Source: Sedimentisphaerales bacterium (GTDB lineage Bacteria > Planctomycetota > Phycisphaerae > Sedimentisphaerales > SM23-30). From it: a stretch of DNA of 64,000 bases. The notes under the pieces were generated by a model. The model had not been told where the DNA came from. It searched no databases and saw nothing but the letters and a program-made list of their open reading frames with translations. Made by a program: the position numbers and the translations under genes. The stretch lies in the NCBI GenBank assembly GCA_963666285.1, contig OY762711.1, one strand, 5' to 3'. How positions within the stretch are numbered: position 1 is the stretch's first letter; every line of letters begins with the position of its first letter. This document shows positions 29,673-40,914 of this stretch, in pieces.

Positions 29673-31808
29673 ATGTATAGAATAAGTTTACAATTGTTAT
29701 TATTAACAATTGTCACCCCATCCCTTTTGGCCCAGGCCAACATAACTGATTATGTAAATCCATTTTTAGGCACTGCCCCACTTACAAATCCCAAAGAGAT
29801 TGGATATACTCCGCCAGATGAATGGCGAGTCTGGGCTGGTTTGGTATTCCCAGGTGCTTCATTACCAAACGCTATGGTTCAACTGAGCCCAATCACAGAA
29901 TTTGGCAGTGGAGCCGGATATGAATATGAAGATGATACCATATATGCTTTCACACACACCAATAAAGGACATTGGAATCTCTGCAATATCCCTATTATGC
30001 CGGTTTCAGGAGACGTAACAGCAGCAGATTTCGGGTCTCAATACAGCCATGAAAATGAATCTGCCAAACCGGGATATTACCAGGTTTACCTCGAAAGGTA
30101 TAATATCAATGCCGAACTGACATCTACTCTTCGCTGTGGTTATCATAAATATACCTATAAAGATAACACCGATAAAAAGCTTATTGTAAATATCACAAAA
30201 TCTAACGAAAGAATAAGAAGATACAATATTCTCCCTGATGGAGATTATGCCTTTGAAGGATACCAGCAGGCCAATGACTATGTTTATTTTTATGCAATAT
30301 CAAATCATAAAATCAAAAAAATCGAATTCCTGCCTTCACGTCGAAGAGGTATACCAATAATTCAGTTCGAAAATTCCAATAAACCCTTGGAAATCAAGAT
30401 CGGACTGTCTTTTGTCAGTACTGAAAATGCTAAAAATAACCTGGAAGAACTCACCGGAAAGAATTTTGACCAGGTAAAGCAGGAAGCATCTGAAACCTGG
30501 AATAAACTTTTATCAAAAATCAAGGTAGAAGGCGGTACAAACCGTCAAAAAGAACTGTTTTATTCATCTTTATATAGAAGTTTCTTATGGCCTGCCCTGA
30601 GAAGCGATATCAACGGCGAATTCAAAGATGGAAGTGGAGAAATTGTTAAGAAAAACTTCAAATACTATACCACTCCGTCGCTATGGGATACCTACAGAAA
30701 TAAACTCGTACTTCTTGGATTACTCTCCCCTGATGTTACAAATGATGTTATCAGCTCTTTAATAGATTTAGGTGAAAAACGAGGTTTTATGCCGACCTTT
30801 TTCCATGGCGACCATGCCGCTCCCTTCATCTCCGGGTCATACCTCAGAGGCCTAAGAGATTATGATGTTAAAAGTGCCTACCAACTGCTTCTTAATAATG
30901 CAACCAAAGAAGGTGGAACTCGCCCTCATATAGCTGAATATATCGAAAAAGGTTATATTTCAACCCCTGCGATTGATAACCCGGAAGTAGAAACTAAAGC
31001 CAAAGCCGGTGTAACTAAAACGCTGGAATACGCTTACGATGATTATGCTGTAGCTCTACTAGCTAAAGAGCTTGGCGATACCAAAAACTACGAAATACTT
31101 ATGAAACGGACAGGTAATTATAAGAACCTGTTCGACCCTTCTACCGGCCTTATGAGAGGCCGTCTTGAAAATGGGCAATGGGTAGATAATTTCAACCCGC
31201 AATATCCTTATTATGAATATATGTATCGAGAAGCAAACGCATGGCAATCGACATTCTTTGCCCCGCATGATTCTGAAGGGCTGGTCTCTCTTTTTAAAAA
31301 TATAAATGAATTTGAGGCTCAGCTTGACAAACTCTTCTCAATACCATGGAATGAAAATCATATAGCCAGAAATGTATCTTCTTTTATTGGGCAGTACTGC
31401 CACGGCAACCAGCCGGACCATAGCACTCCATACATGTATTACTTTGTTAACAAACAGGAAAAATCTCAGGCAATACTCAACCGTCTTATGGAAGACTTCT
31501 ATGGAATGGGCGAATTCGGCCTGGCACTTTGCGGCATGGATGATGCTGGTGAAATGTCTAGCTGGTACGTCTTTAACGCAATAGGACTATATACTTACTC
31601 GCCGGCTGATGCAGAATACATTATAACTGTACCAATATTTGACAAAATCGACATCCGGCTGACAGACAACCAGGCCTGCACAATTATCAGGAAAAACTCC
31701 GGAAAAAAAATACAGGAAATAACCTGCGGAGCCAAAAAACTTGATAGCTATTTTATCTCTCACAAGACACTTTTTGAAGCTAAAACCCTCACTATAACAA
31801 CGGAATAA
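29673..31808 (+). CDS. Glycoside hydrolase family 92 (alpha-mannosidase)
   Basis: Motifs YVNPFLGT, FPGA..P.MVQLSP, PGYY.V, SLWDTYR, TLEYAYDD, YREANAWQ, GQYCHGNQPDH and DDAGEMSSWYVF. Confidence 0.92.
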   Translation: MYRISLQLLLLTIVTPSLLAQANITDYVNPFLGTAPLTNPKEIGYTPPDEWRVWAGLVFPGASLPNAMVQLSPITEFGSGAGYEYEDDTIYAFTHTNKGHWNLCNIPIMPVSGDVTAADFGSQYSHENESAKPGYYQVYLERYNINAELTSTLRCGYHKYTYKDNTDKKLIVNITKSNERIRRYNILPDGDYAFEGYQQANDYVYFYAISNHKIKKIEFLPSRRRGIPIIQFENSNKPLEIKIGLSFVSTENAKNNLEELTGKNFDQVKQEASETWNKLLSKIKVEGGTNRQKELFYSSLYRSFLWPALRSDINGEFKDGSGEIVKKNFKYYTTPSLWDTYRNKLVLLGLLSPDVTNDVISSLIDLGEKRGFMPTFFHGDHAAPFISGSYLRGLRDYDVKSAYQLLLNNATKEGGTRPHIAEYIEKGYISTPAIDNPEVETKAKAGVTKTLEYAYDDYAVALLAKELGDTKNYEILMKRTGNYKNLFDPSTGLMRGRLENGQWVDNFNPQYPYYEYMYREANAWQSTFFAPHDSEGLVSLFKNINEFEAQLDKLFSIPWNENHIARNVSSFIGQYCHGNQPDHSTPYMYYFVNKQEKSQAILNRLMEDFYGMGEFGLALCGMDDAGEMSSWYVFNAIGLYTYSPADAEYIITVPIFDKIDIRLTDNQACTIIRKNSGKKIQEITCGAKKLDSYFISHKTLFEAKTLTITTE

Positions 31809-31881
31809 TGCTTGAGCATATTTTGCATATTATATATCATATAGGAATAATGAACTTATTTGATGAAATTAAGGATCTAAG

Positions 31882-33504
31882 ATGATTAGAAATACACTGT
31901 TTTCACTTGTCAAACTAATAGTAATTACTTTTAGTATTATTACCATAAATCTATATGCTGCAGATTTTAATAAAACCTTTGTAAATCCGATCTACGAAGG
32001 TGCTGACCCTTTTGTCTATAAACACACTGATGGATACTATTATTTCTGTCAATCAGAAGGTGACAAGGGTATCGCTATCTGGAAATCAGATAAGTTAACT
32101 GACAAAGGTGTCAAACGTCTGGTCTGGAAAGCTCCTGACAAAGGCTGGAACTCAAGCGAGGTCTGGGCTCCGGAAATCCATTACCTGCAAGGGAAATGGT
32201 ACATCTATTACGCTGCTGACAGTGGTAATAACATCAACCATCGTACCGGAGTGCTTCAAAGCAAAACCCAGGACGCGCAAGGTGAATATATAGATATGGG
32301 CATGGTCTATACCGGAGATGAAATTAAAACAAAAACAAACAATCGCTGGGCTATCGATGCTACCCCTCTGGAAATGAATAACAAGCTTTATCTTATATGG
32401 TCTGGCTGGAATGGATATGATGATGACATTCAATCCCTTTTTATTGCTGAAATGAGCAACCAGTGGACTGTAATTACTAATCGTGTTAAAATAGCTCCTA
32501 ACAATACATACCCATGGGAACGTGTTTCAAATAATCCAAATGGCAAGGGGCTTAATGAAGGTGCCCAGATACTTCGTTACGGCAAAAAAGTTTATGTTAT
32601 ATATTCTTGCAGTGGTTCCTGGGAAAAAACATACAAACTCGGTCAGCTTTCGATCGAGCTGGGTAAAGACCCAATGGACCCTAAAAACTGGGTAAAAAAG
32701 AGCACTCCCGCCTGCCAGGGAACAGACAAGGTGCTTGGCGTTGGACACTGCTCATTCACTAAATCCCCTGACAATACCGAAGACTGGATGGTTTATCATT
32801 CAAAAATTGCCGAACAGCACGGGTGGCAGCGTAATGTTCGTATCGAAAAGTTTTCCTGGAACTCCGACGGTTCGCCCAATTTCCCTTCGCCAACCGAAGC
32901 TGGTACAATCCTGCAAAAACCTTCTGGTGAAGAACCTCCTGTATGTGGCTTACTTTATTCAGACTCTTTCGACAATAATCTTTGGGATAATTGGGTATAT
33001 TATGGCTATAATCGCTTTATAGCTGTCCGGGACAAGAGACTGGTTATAGGCGTTAATCCGGGTTGGGGAATCGCTAACAACTATCGCTGCGGCGAAAAAG
33101 CCGTTATCCGTGACATGATCTGGGACAATTTCACCTTCGAGGCTAATGTCAAAATTGTCAAAGGCAACCGTGATGCCGGACTTATATTCAGAACCAATCA
33201 TCCTGCCGTTGGCTATGACGCAATGAAAGGCTATTTCGCCGGCATAATACCATCTACCAACCTGGCTATTATCGGTAAAATGGATGGTCGCAGCTGGCAT
33301 GAAATTAAACGCTCAAATTTTTCAGCGATAGCCGGACAGTCATATGATCTGAAAATCGTCGCAAAAGGTCCGCTAATTCAATTCTACGTAGATGGCAAAA
33401 AACTGATTGAAGTTAGCGATGACCAATACCCGACCGGTCTTGCCGGAGTCAGAGTAATAGACTCAGAAGCAGAGTTTGATAATATCATAATTCATAAAAA
33501 TTAA
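31882..33504 (+). CDS. Glycoside hydrolase family 43 (arabinofuranosidase-like) with a C-terminal DUF1080-like domain
   Basis: Motifs GADPFV, VWAPEIH, WAIDAT, NEGAQ, YSCSGSW and GVGHCSF; C-terminal DAGLIFR...GLAGVR..AEFDNI. Confidence 0.9.
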   Translation: MIRNTLFSLVKLIVITFSIITINLYAADFNKTFVNPIYEGADPFVYKHTDGYYYFCQSEGDKGIAIWKSDKLTDKGVKRLVWKAPDKGWNSSEVWAPEIHYLQGKWYIYYAADSGNNINHRTGVLQSKTQDAQGEYIDMGMVYTGDEIKTKTNNRWAIDATPLEMNNKLYLIWSGWNGYDDDIQSLFIAEMSNQWTVITNRVKIAPNNTYPWERVSNNPNGKGLNEGAQILRYGKKVYVIYSCSGSWEKTYKLGQLSIELGKDPMDPKNWVKKSTPACQGTDKVLGVGHCSFTKSPDNTEDWMVYHSKIAEQHGWQRNVRIEKFSWNSDGSPNFPSPTEAGTILQKPSGEEPPVCGLLYSDSFDNNLWDNWVYYGYNRFIAVRDKRLVIGVNPGWGIANNYRCGEKAVIRDMIWDNFTFEANVKIVKGNRDAGLIFRTNHPAVGYDAMKGYFAGIIPSTNLAIIGKMDGRSWHEIKRSNFSAIAGQSYDLKIVAKGPLIQFYVDGKKLIEVSDDQYPTGLAGVRVIDSEAEFDNIIIHKN

Positions 33505-33604
33505 ATTGTCTCTGAAAATTGCTTTTGCTGCGAAAGATGATTCTTTCACTCAAAATGTTTTTAGAGGTTCCATTACGAGTTTTCTAATTACGGAATAGGA
33601 TATA

Positions 33605-35887
33605 ATGATAAACCATATAAATAAAATCATTCTTATTGCAGCCATATTTGCCTGCAATCCAGCTGTGGCCGATATAGTTGATTATCCTCAACTTGTAAAA
33701 ATCGATAGCACCGATTCAGAAGAAGTTATTATTGGCAAAGCTGCCAATGTTCGCCCTTCCGAAAGGCAGATGGGCCACCACCAGGATGAATTTATCGCCT
33801 TTATCCATTTCGGGCCTAACTCCTTTACCGGAGTTGAATGGGGTAATGGCAAAGAAGACCCCAAGGTTTTCAACCCGCCTGTTGTCGATACCGACCAATG
33901 GTGCAGATTGATTAAAGCTGCCGGCATGACCAAAGTTGTCATTACGGTCAAACACCATGACGGATACTGTACCTGGCAAACTCGCTATAACAAAGCCTTT
34001 TCCATCCACCAGTCTCCCTGGAAAAATGGGAAAGGTGATGTCCTTCGAATGCTGTCTGATTCTGCCAAAAAATATGGACTCAAACTTGGCATCTACATGA
34101 GTCCTGCTGACCTCTACCAGATAGAAAACCAAAACGGCCTTTACGGCAACCTAAGCAAATACCAGGAAAGTATCATTCCTACCGCCGTGGATACATTTAG
34201 AACGAACCCTCTGAAACAGCGAGAAGCACCGGAGCATTTCCCAACATTTAAGGTCAATGCCGATGACTACAATCGCTACTTTATGAACCAGCTGTATGAA
34301 GTTCTCACTGAATACGGGCCTATTCACGAGGTATGGTTTGACGGAGCCCACCCGAAGCGCAAAGGCGGCCAGACATATATACGTGACGAATGGTTCGCTA
34401 TGGTTCGAAAACTAGCCCCGGAAGCTGTTATTTTTGGCGGACCAGATGTTCGCTGGTGCGGCAACGAGCATGGCGGTACCCGGAAAAGTGAATGGAATGT
34501 TCTTCCCATTGATAATGTTAAAGTCTCAGGCTATGACCGTCCAGAAGACGAAATCGCCACTGACCGAATGGTAACAGCTAAAGAATATTCAGTTTACGGT
34601 GAAACTTTCAAAAACAACTATCTTTACTACCTGATACCGGAAGTTGATACATCAATTCGCCATGGCTGGTTCTGGCGGAATGACACTGAGCAATATGTAA
34701 AAAATCCGGATAAAATCTTCGATATTTACGAACGATCTGTCGGAGGGAATTGTGTATTTCTACTCAATATACCTCCTAATCGATATGGAAAATTCTCAGA
34801 TAAGGACGAAAAGTGCCTTATTGCAGTTGGCAAACGAATCAGGTCAACATACTATAAGAACCTGAGCGAAGGTGCTATTGCCAATATCAGTAATTTACTT
34901 GATAATAATATTGAAACATACTGGCAGGCTGCAAATAATTCCTGTTCATTCACTATTACGCTGCCAGAAGCCCAAAAGATAAACAGGATCGTACTCCAGG
35001 AGGCAATTTCCAAAGTAGGCCAGCGGGTTAAAGAGCATGCCCTGGATGCCTGGATTGATGGAAACTGGAAACAGATTGCTGCCGGCACAACAATCGGGTA
35101 TAAAAAGATTTTGCGTTTCGATGCTGTTACTACTGATAAGTTCCGCGTAAGAATACTGGATTCACGTAAAGCGCCGGCTATTGCCTCTTTCTCTGCTCAT
35201 TACTATCAAAGCCCACCGCTACCGGTAACACTGACAAGAACAATAGATGGAACCGTTTCTCTTGCCGCTATGAAACCTGACGGCAAACCTGCTGCTAATA
35301 TATCGATATATTATTCACTCGACGGCAGTATACCGGAAAACAATTCCAAGCTTTACGACAAACCATTTAAACTCCCTAAAGGTGGTAATGTAAAAGCCAG
35401 AACATACGCAAATGAAACTTATGGGCCGGTCAATTCCAATTACATTGGAATCGCTAAAACAAACTGGAAAGTCACAGCCAGCAGCAGCCACAACGACAAG
35501 TGGAATGCGATTAAGGCAATTGACGGAAAACCGGAATCATTCTGGCATTCATCATGGACAAAACCAGCACCAGACCACCCGCATTTCTTCACTATAGACT
35601 TCGGCAAAACTGAAGATGTCGGCGGATTTGCCTACTTGCCGCGACAGGATAGACGTATTCCTGACGGCATGATAGAAACCGGCTGCATTGAAATTAGCGA
35701 TGATGGCATAAGCTGGCTCAATATATGTGATTTCACCTTTGGAAATCTTGTTAATAGCCCGGACCAGCGTATCAAATTCTTTGACAAAAACTATAAAGCG
35801 AGATACTTCAGACTGAAATCTACTTCCGGTGCCGATAATAAACCCTACGCTGCCATTGCCGAACTCGAGATCTTTGCGGCTAAGTAA
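33605..35887 (+). CDS. Alpha-L-fucosidase (GH29) with F5/8-type (CBM32-like) and Fn3-like domains
   Basis: Motifs FIHFGPNSFT..EWG.G, KHHDGYC.W, EVWFDGA, RWCGNE, PEVDTSIR.GWFW and SVGGN..LLNIPP; C-terminal AIDG.PESFWHS, YLPRQD. Confidence 0.92.
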   Translation: MINHINKIILIAAIFACNPAVADIVDYPQLVKIDSTDSEEVIIGKAANVRPSERQMGHHQDEFIAFIHFGPNSFTGVEWGNGKEDPKVFNPPVVDTDQWCRLIKAAGMTKVVITVKHHDGYCTWQTRYNKAFSIHQSPWKNGKGDVLRMLSDSAKKYGLKLGIYMSPADLYQIENQNGLYGNLSKYQESIIPTAVDTFRTNPLKQREAPEHFPTFKVNADDYNRYFMNQLYEVLTEYGPIHEVWFDGAHPKRKGGQTYIRDEWFAMVRKLAPEAVIFGGPDVRWCGNEHGGTRKSEWNVLPIDNVKVSGYDRPEDEIATDRMVTAKEYSVYGETFKNNYLYYLIPEVDTSIRHGWFWRNDTEQYVKNPDKIFDIYERSVGGNCVFLLNIPPNRYGKFSDKDEKCLIAVGKRIRSTYYKNLSEGAIANISNLLDNNIETYWQAANNSCSFTITLPEAQKINRIVLQEAISKVGQRVKEHALDAWIDGNWKQIAAGTTIGYKKILRFDAVTTDKFRVRILDSRKAPAIASFSAHYYQSPPLPVTLTRTIDGTVSLAAMKPDGKPAANISIYYSLDGSIPENNSKLYDKPFKLPKGGNVKARTYANETYGPVNSNYIGIAKTNWKVTASSSHNDKWNAIKAIDGKPESFWHSSWTKPAPDHPHFFTIDFGKTEDVGGFAYLPRQDRRIPDGMIETGCIEISDDGISWLNICDFTFGNLVNSPDQRIKFFDKNYKARYFRLKSTSGADNKPYAAIAELEIFAAK

Positions 35888-36248
35888 AGTTTAATTCTCA
35901 ACTTATATACTTTGTAGTTTGTATAATAATTTTATGATGCCCAAGGCCCTGCAGCATTCTTTGCCTGGGTACCTGGCACCTCTCAAACTCAAAATCATCG
36001 CCGCAAACAAATAACAGCATATAAGCTATTATTACCTATAACGTTAAGAACAAAAACGTCATTTTCAAAATAAACAATTTTGTGCATTTTCAAAATATAC
36101 TTCATAAAGTCATTATATTTACCGAAAATGGCTTTGGGTGACAATTACCAGTTTGTATTTGGGGATATTTCAAAAAATAATACAACATAAATTCTTAATA
36201 TATTTAAATTTAGATATTTATGCTATAATGGGTGATTCAAAATACAAA

Positions 36249-38474
36249 ATGATACAGGATATCATAAGACCAAACAGAAATTGGGTATATTTCTTTTTAG
36301 CTTTAGCATTGTTCTGGACTTTGGCTATCGCAATATCACTTGTCAGAGATATAAATCAGCAAAATATAAATGCTTACGAAGCTGCAAAAATACAGGCAAT
36401 TGAGGCATTAAATAAAGACCTGGTATATCGCAGATGGGTTGCCGGCCACGGTGGCGTCTATGTACCAGAATCTGACAATACTCCTCCTAATCCATTTTTG
36501 TCAAAAATTAACGAAAGAGATATTACCACACCTTCCGGAAAGAAATTGACTCTTGTCAACCCTGCTTACATGACTCGACAGGTTTATGAATTGGCACAAG
36601 AACAGTATGGCGTACGCGGCCATATCACAAGCCTGACACCGTTAAGACCGGAAAATAAACCTGATGAATGGGAAATGAAGGCCCTAAAGGAATTTGAAAA
36701 AGGTGCAAAAGAAGTAAGCTCCATTGGCATAATAAATGATGAGCCGTATCTGAGAATAATGATCCCGCTTATTACCGAAGAAAAATGCCTCAAATGCCAT
36801 CTTGAACAAGGATATAAAGTCGGTGACCTGAGAGGTGGAATTAGCACTTCTTCTCCTGTTAAACCTCATATGAACACCGCCAAAGCTTTCAACCAGTCTC
36901 TCTTAGTTGACCATATGTTGATCTTATTCGCAGGATTACTGGGAATTGCAACAAGCGGATTTTTCATTATAAAACGTAACTATTCCCAATCATTAATTAT
37001 GGAAGAAGTTAGACAATACGCTTGTATAGTCGCAAGTTCAAGTGACATAATGGCATTATTAGATAAACAATATAATTACCTGGCTGTAAATGAAGCATTT
37101 CTAAAAACTTTCAGAATGTCAAAAGCACAAGTCATAGGACATTCTGCAGCTGACATTTTAGGACAAGATTACTTTAACAATATTGTTAAACCTAATGCAG
37201 ACACATGCCTTAAAGGCGAAGAGGTCCACTACGAAAGTTGGTTCGATTTTCCAGAAAATAGTCGTAAATACCTCACTGTTACATATTCTCCTTATATGGA
37301 TTCCAGTAATACAATTCTGGGATTCACTGTTAATGCAAAAGACACTACAAAACAAAAACAAGCTGAAGATGTCATCAAAAGTTATAATATTAAACTGGAA
37401 AAGCAGGTCAAAGAAAGAACTGAAAAACTTGAGAAAGAAATAAAAGAGCGGATAAATGCTGAACACGAACTCAAAAATGCAACTTCACGACTGATTCAAA
37501 CTGAAAAATTATCTACGATCGGACAATTAGCTGCCAGCATGGCCCATGAAATCAACAACCCGCTTGGAGCTATTTATTCTTCAAGTAATGTCATCGAAAA
37601 TCAGTTTAATGAACTGATTCATAATATAGAAACTGAATTCAACATATATAAAAATAATAAAGATCTCATAAATACCATTATCTACAGACTTCCGGAAAAT
37701 AAACCTTACCTATCTTACAAACAAACCAGACAGATAAAAAAAGATATTGAAGATAATCTAAAACAAATTGGTATCTCAAATGCAAAAAATGCTTCGGCTT
37801 TCCTGGTAAGAGTTGGAATTACAAAAGAATATGAACCTATTATTCCAGTGTTTCAGAGCCAATGCTGTGATAATATCATGGAGTTTATCCTTCGTATTTC
37901 TGATATAATCGATAGCAAAAATATTATTAATACTGCTATTCAGCAATCCTCCAAAGTAATACAGGCGTTGAAAGATTATTCCCGGTCAAACGAAAATCAA
38001 AAGGCGGTTGAAGCTAATATCAAAGAAACGATCGAAACTGCCCTTATTTTATATGGCAATAAAATTAAACATGGCATTACACTTGTAACAAACTTTGACG
38101 AAGTACCAAACATTACAGGATATCCTCATGAACTTAGCCAGGTTTGGACTAATATAATACATAATGCTATTCAAGCTATGGACAACTGTGGAATACTCAC
38201 CATAGACCTAAAGCATCAAAACGACAATATAGAGGTCTCTATAACAGATACCGGAAAAGGGATCCCTGATGCTATAAAACACAAAATATTTGATCCGCTT
38301 TTCACGACAAAAAAACAAGGTGAAGGTACAGGTCTTGGCCTGGATATTGCAAAAAAAATTATCGAAAGACACAACGGTTCAATTCATCTTATAAGCGAAG
38401 AGAACCACGGATCAACCTTTACTGTCAAATTACCAGTTATGCAAACATCTCAGGTTCACTTGGAAACGGCTTAG
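36249..38474 (+). CDS. Membrane sensor histidine kinase with a c-type heme (DUF3365/Tll0287-like) sensor and a PAS domain
   Basis: HGGVYVP, NPAYMTRQ, PENKPDEWE, CLKCH, GDLRGGIS; HisKA MAHEINNPL; QVWTNIIHNA; GTGLGL. The start is uncertain (36228 or 36249). Confidence 0.88.
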   Translation: MIQDIIRPNRNWVYFFLALALFWTLAIAISLVRDINQQNINAYEAAKIQAIEALNKDLVYRRWVAGHGGVYVPESDNTPPNPFLSKINERDITTPSGKKLTLVNPAYMTRQVYELAQEQYGVRGHITSLTPLRPENKPDEWEMKALKEFEKGAKEVSSIGIINDEPYLRIMIPLITEEKCLKCHLEQGYKVGDLRGGISTSSPVKPHMNTAKAFNQSLLVDHMLILFAGLLGIATSGFFIIKRNYSQSLIMEEVRQYACIVASSSDIMALLDKQYNYLAVNEAFLKTFRMSKAQVIGHSAADILGQDYFNNIVKPNADTCLKGEEVHYESWFDFPENSRKYLTVTYSPYMDSSNTILGFTVNAKDTTKQKQAEDVIKSYNIKLEKQVKERTEKLEKEIKERINAEHELKNATSRLIQTEKLSTIGQLAASMAHEINNPLGAIYSSSNVIENQFNELIHNIETEFNIYKNNKDLINTIIYRLPENKPYLSYKQTRQIKKDIEDNLKQIGISNAKNASAFLVRVGITKEYEPIIPVFQSQCCDNIMEFILRISDIIDSKNIINTAIQQSSKVIQALKDYSRSNENQKAVEANIKETIETALILYGNKIKHGITLVTNFDEVPNITGYPHELSQVWTNIIHNAIQAMDNCGILTIDLKHQNDNIEVSITDTGKGIPDAIKHKIFDPLFTTKKQGEGTGLGLDIAKKIIERHNGSIHLISEENHGSTFTVKLPVMQTSQVHLETA

Positions 38475-38475
38475 C

Positions 38476-39171
38476 TTACTGAATATCAGATAGAATATAA
38501 GAATTATTTGCATTATATATTATTTTAGACGGACAACCTTCAATAGACATCGTCTCAGTTTCAATATTTCTCAATGCATCAGCTTTGCCCTGACCGGTCA
38601 CCAGCAAAATCGAGCTTGCTGCTTCTTCCAGCATCTTCCTCGAAGCAGATATCCTTCCGGCCGGCGGCTTGGGGGAATTATCAACAGCTATATATCCTGT
38701 ACTAAAATCTGATACCGATGGATGATTAGGAAATAAACTAGCAATATGACCATCAGGCCCGGCACTCAACAGCGAAAGTGCTATTTTACCACCTAGCTCA
38801 ATAAATTCCCTGTTATATTTAGCCAGCCCCTCTTCAACTGCCAGATCAGTTCTAAATGGATGTAAATTTGCTTCATTTAGCTTACCGTTTTCCTGCAAAC
38901 GCTTAAACAAAGTATCCATAGCCAGCTTGTAATTACTATCAGGGTTATCAATTGGCACTAACCGTTCATCAGCCATAAAGAAATGCACCCTCTCCCATTC
39001 CAGCTCCAGATTGGCCATTTGTGTAAATATACCCGCAACACTCGAACCACCGCATATAGCCATTATCGCATTATCATTTAATCTCAGATATTCATTTAAT
39101 GCGTTTTCGATCAAAACAACCGCATTTTTATGGAGATTTTCTACATTACAGAACCGGATTATTTCAGCCAT
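38476..39171 (-). CDS. pgl: 6-phosphogluconolactonase
   Basis: Motifs CGGSS, FMADERLVP..DSNY, GPDGHIASLFP, SPKPPAGRIS and GQGKADAL. Confidence 0.88.
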   Translation of the reverse strand: MAEIIRFCNVENLHKNAVVLIENALNEYLRLNDNAIMAICGGSSVAGIFTQMANLELEWERVHFFMADERLVPIDNPDSNYKLAMDTLFKRLQENGKLNEANLHPFRTDLAVEEGLAKYNREFIELGGKIALSLLSAGPDGHIASLFPNHPSVSDFSTGYIAVDNSPKPPAGRISASRKMLEEAASSILLVTGQGKADALRNIETETMSIEGCPSKIIYNANNSYILSDIQ

Positions 39172-39223
39172 AACAGATACCCTCAAATTCAAACTGTAAT
39201 GGTCACAGAATATAAAGAAAAAA

Positions 39224-39309
39224 TGCCGAAGGTGGGAATCGAACCCACACTCCTAATAAAAGGAACGGGATTTTGAATCCCGCGCGTCTGCCAGTTCCGC
39301 CACTTCGGC
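39224..39309 (-). tRNA. tRNA-Leu (CAA)
   Basis: Minus strand GCCGAAGTGGCGGAACTGGCAGACGCGCGGGATTCAAAATCCCG...GTGGGTTCGATTCCCACCTTCGGCA; anticodon loop TTCAAAA, long variable arm, CCA not encoded. Confidence 0.96.
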
Positions 39310-39590
39310 AAATAATTATAAAATAAAGACTTACATTAATTAAGTCTTCTTTATTAAATTGTAAATCAAGTCAATGAGCTGATAAAGACTCCTGTTTTAG
39401 CTCAAGAACTTGACAGAAAAGAAAAGTATATATATTTTCTGCGCCCAGTCAATAAAATATTTTAACTATGTTAATTTATGCGTATTTCGAAAAATTACAC
39501 TGCTTGATTATAAACTCTATTATTGATAGAATCCGGCATAAGAATTTTAATAAAGAAATACTATTACTCCAGACATAAGTGAGGTAATCA

Positions 39591-40892
39591 ATGAGTGAAA
39601 ATAAATACAAACCTGAAACAATCGCAATTCACGGCGGATATAAACCTGATGGCCAAACTGCCAGGGCTTGTACAGTACCAATAGTACAGTCTGCAAGCTT
39701 TGTTTTTCGTGACACCGAACACGCTGCAAATCTGTTTGACCTGAAGGAATTCGGAGATATATACTCCAGGCTTACCAACCCCACAGTAGCAGCATGGGAA
39801 GCTCGCATGGCCGAACTGGAAGGTGGAACTGCAGGCGTTGGAACTTCCAGCGGCATGGCGGCGATATTCCTCACTATACATACTATCGCTGGCGTTGGCG
39901 ACCATATAATTGCCTCTGCCTCACTTTACGGCGGAACCGATACTCTTTTCAGATATACCCTGCCGCAAGTAGGTATCGAATGCGATTTTGTTCCAAATGC
40001 TGATCCGGAAAAGATTAAATCTGCGGTTAAGCCAAATACAAAAGCAATTTACATCGAAACTATCGGCAACCCGGCTTGTGAAGTCCCGGACTTTGAAACT
40101 ATCGCCAAAATAGCACACGATGCTGGCGTCCCATTAATTGTCGATAATACCTTTGCACCTATTATCTGCCGACCATTCGATTATGGGGCAGATATCGTTA
40201 TACATTCCTGCACCAAATGGGTTGGCGGCCATGGCACTACCATTGGTGGCGTTACTATTGATGGCGGAACCTTCGATTGGTCTGCCAGCGGTAAATATCC
40301 TATGTTTACCGAGCCGGATAAAAGCTACCATGGTGTAAAATACTGGGATGTTTTCGGCAACCTTAACGGGGCAAACATTGCCTTTGCTATTCGTGCCAGA
40401 ACCCAGGGACTGCGAAACTGGGGACCTTGCGCCTCACCGTTCTCGGCGTTCCAGTTCATGGTCGGCCTGGACTCTCTCGGAGTAAGAATCCAGCGGCACT
40501 GTGAAAATGCTGCAGCTTTGGTAGCTTATCTACAGAAAAGCGATAAGGTTGAATGGGTTCAATATGCCGGCCTGGAAAGTAACCCCAGCTATGCAAACGC
40601 CAAAAAGTATCTCAAAGGAGGCTTCGGCAGCGTTATTAGCTTCGGCATCAAAGGCGGACGCGACGCTGGTGAAAAATTTATCAACTCCGTCGAGCTGGCA
40701 TACCACCTGGCAAATGTAGGCGACTCAAAGACACTTGTCATCCATCCTGCCAGCACCACCCATCGCCAGATGAACGATGCGGAATTGGAAACCTGTGGTA
40801 TAAAACCAGGCAGTATAAGGGTATCTGTTGGCATCGAACATATCGATGATATCATTGCCGATATTGACCAGGCCATCAACAAAGCGATATAA
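39591..40892 (+). CDS. metY: O-acetylhomoserine aminocarboxypropyltransferase / cysteine synthase
   Basis: Motifs IYSRLTNPT, SSGMAAI, LYGGT, ETIGNP, VDNTF, HSCTKWVGGHG, LANVGDSKTLVIHPASTTH and RVSVGIEH. Confidence 0.9.
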   Translation: MSENKYKPETIAIHGGYKPDGQTARACTVPIVQSASFVFRDTEHAANLFDLKEFGDIYSRLTNPTVAAWEARMAELEGGTAGVGTSSGMAAIFLTIHTIAGVGDHIIASASLYGGTDTLFRYTLPQVGIECDFVPNADPEKIKSAVKPNTKAIYIETIGNPACEVPDFETIAKIAHDAGVPLIVDNTFAPIICRPFDYGADIVIHSCTKWVGGHGTTIGGVTIDGGTFDWSASGKYPMFTEPDKSYHGVKYWDVFGNLNGANIAFAIRARTQGLRNWGPCASPFSAFQFMVGLDSLGVRIQRHCENAAALVAYLQKSDKVEWVQYAGLESNPSYANAKKYLKGGFGSVISFGIKGGRDAGEKFINSVELAYHLANVGDSKTLVIHPASTTHRQMNDAELETCGIKPGSIRVSVGIEHIDDIIADIDQAINKAI

Positions 40893-40914
40893 AAACTATC
40901 CCGCTATAAATCAC

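Noticed and set aside
39224..39309. tRNA-Leu as an island integration site
   Set aside because: There is no integrase and I saw no duplicated tRNA 3' end; the flanks are housekeeping genes.
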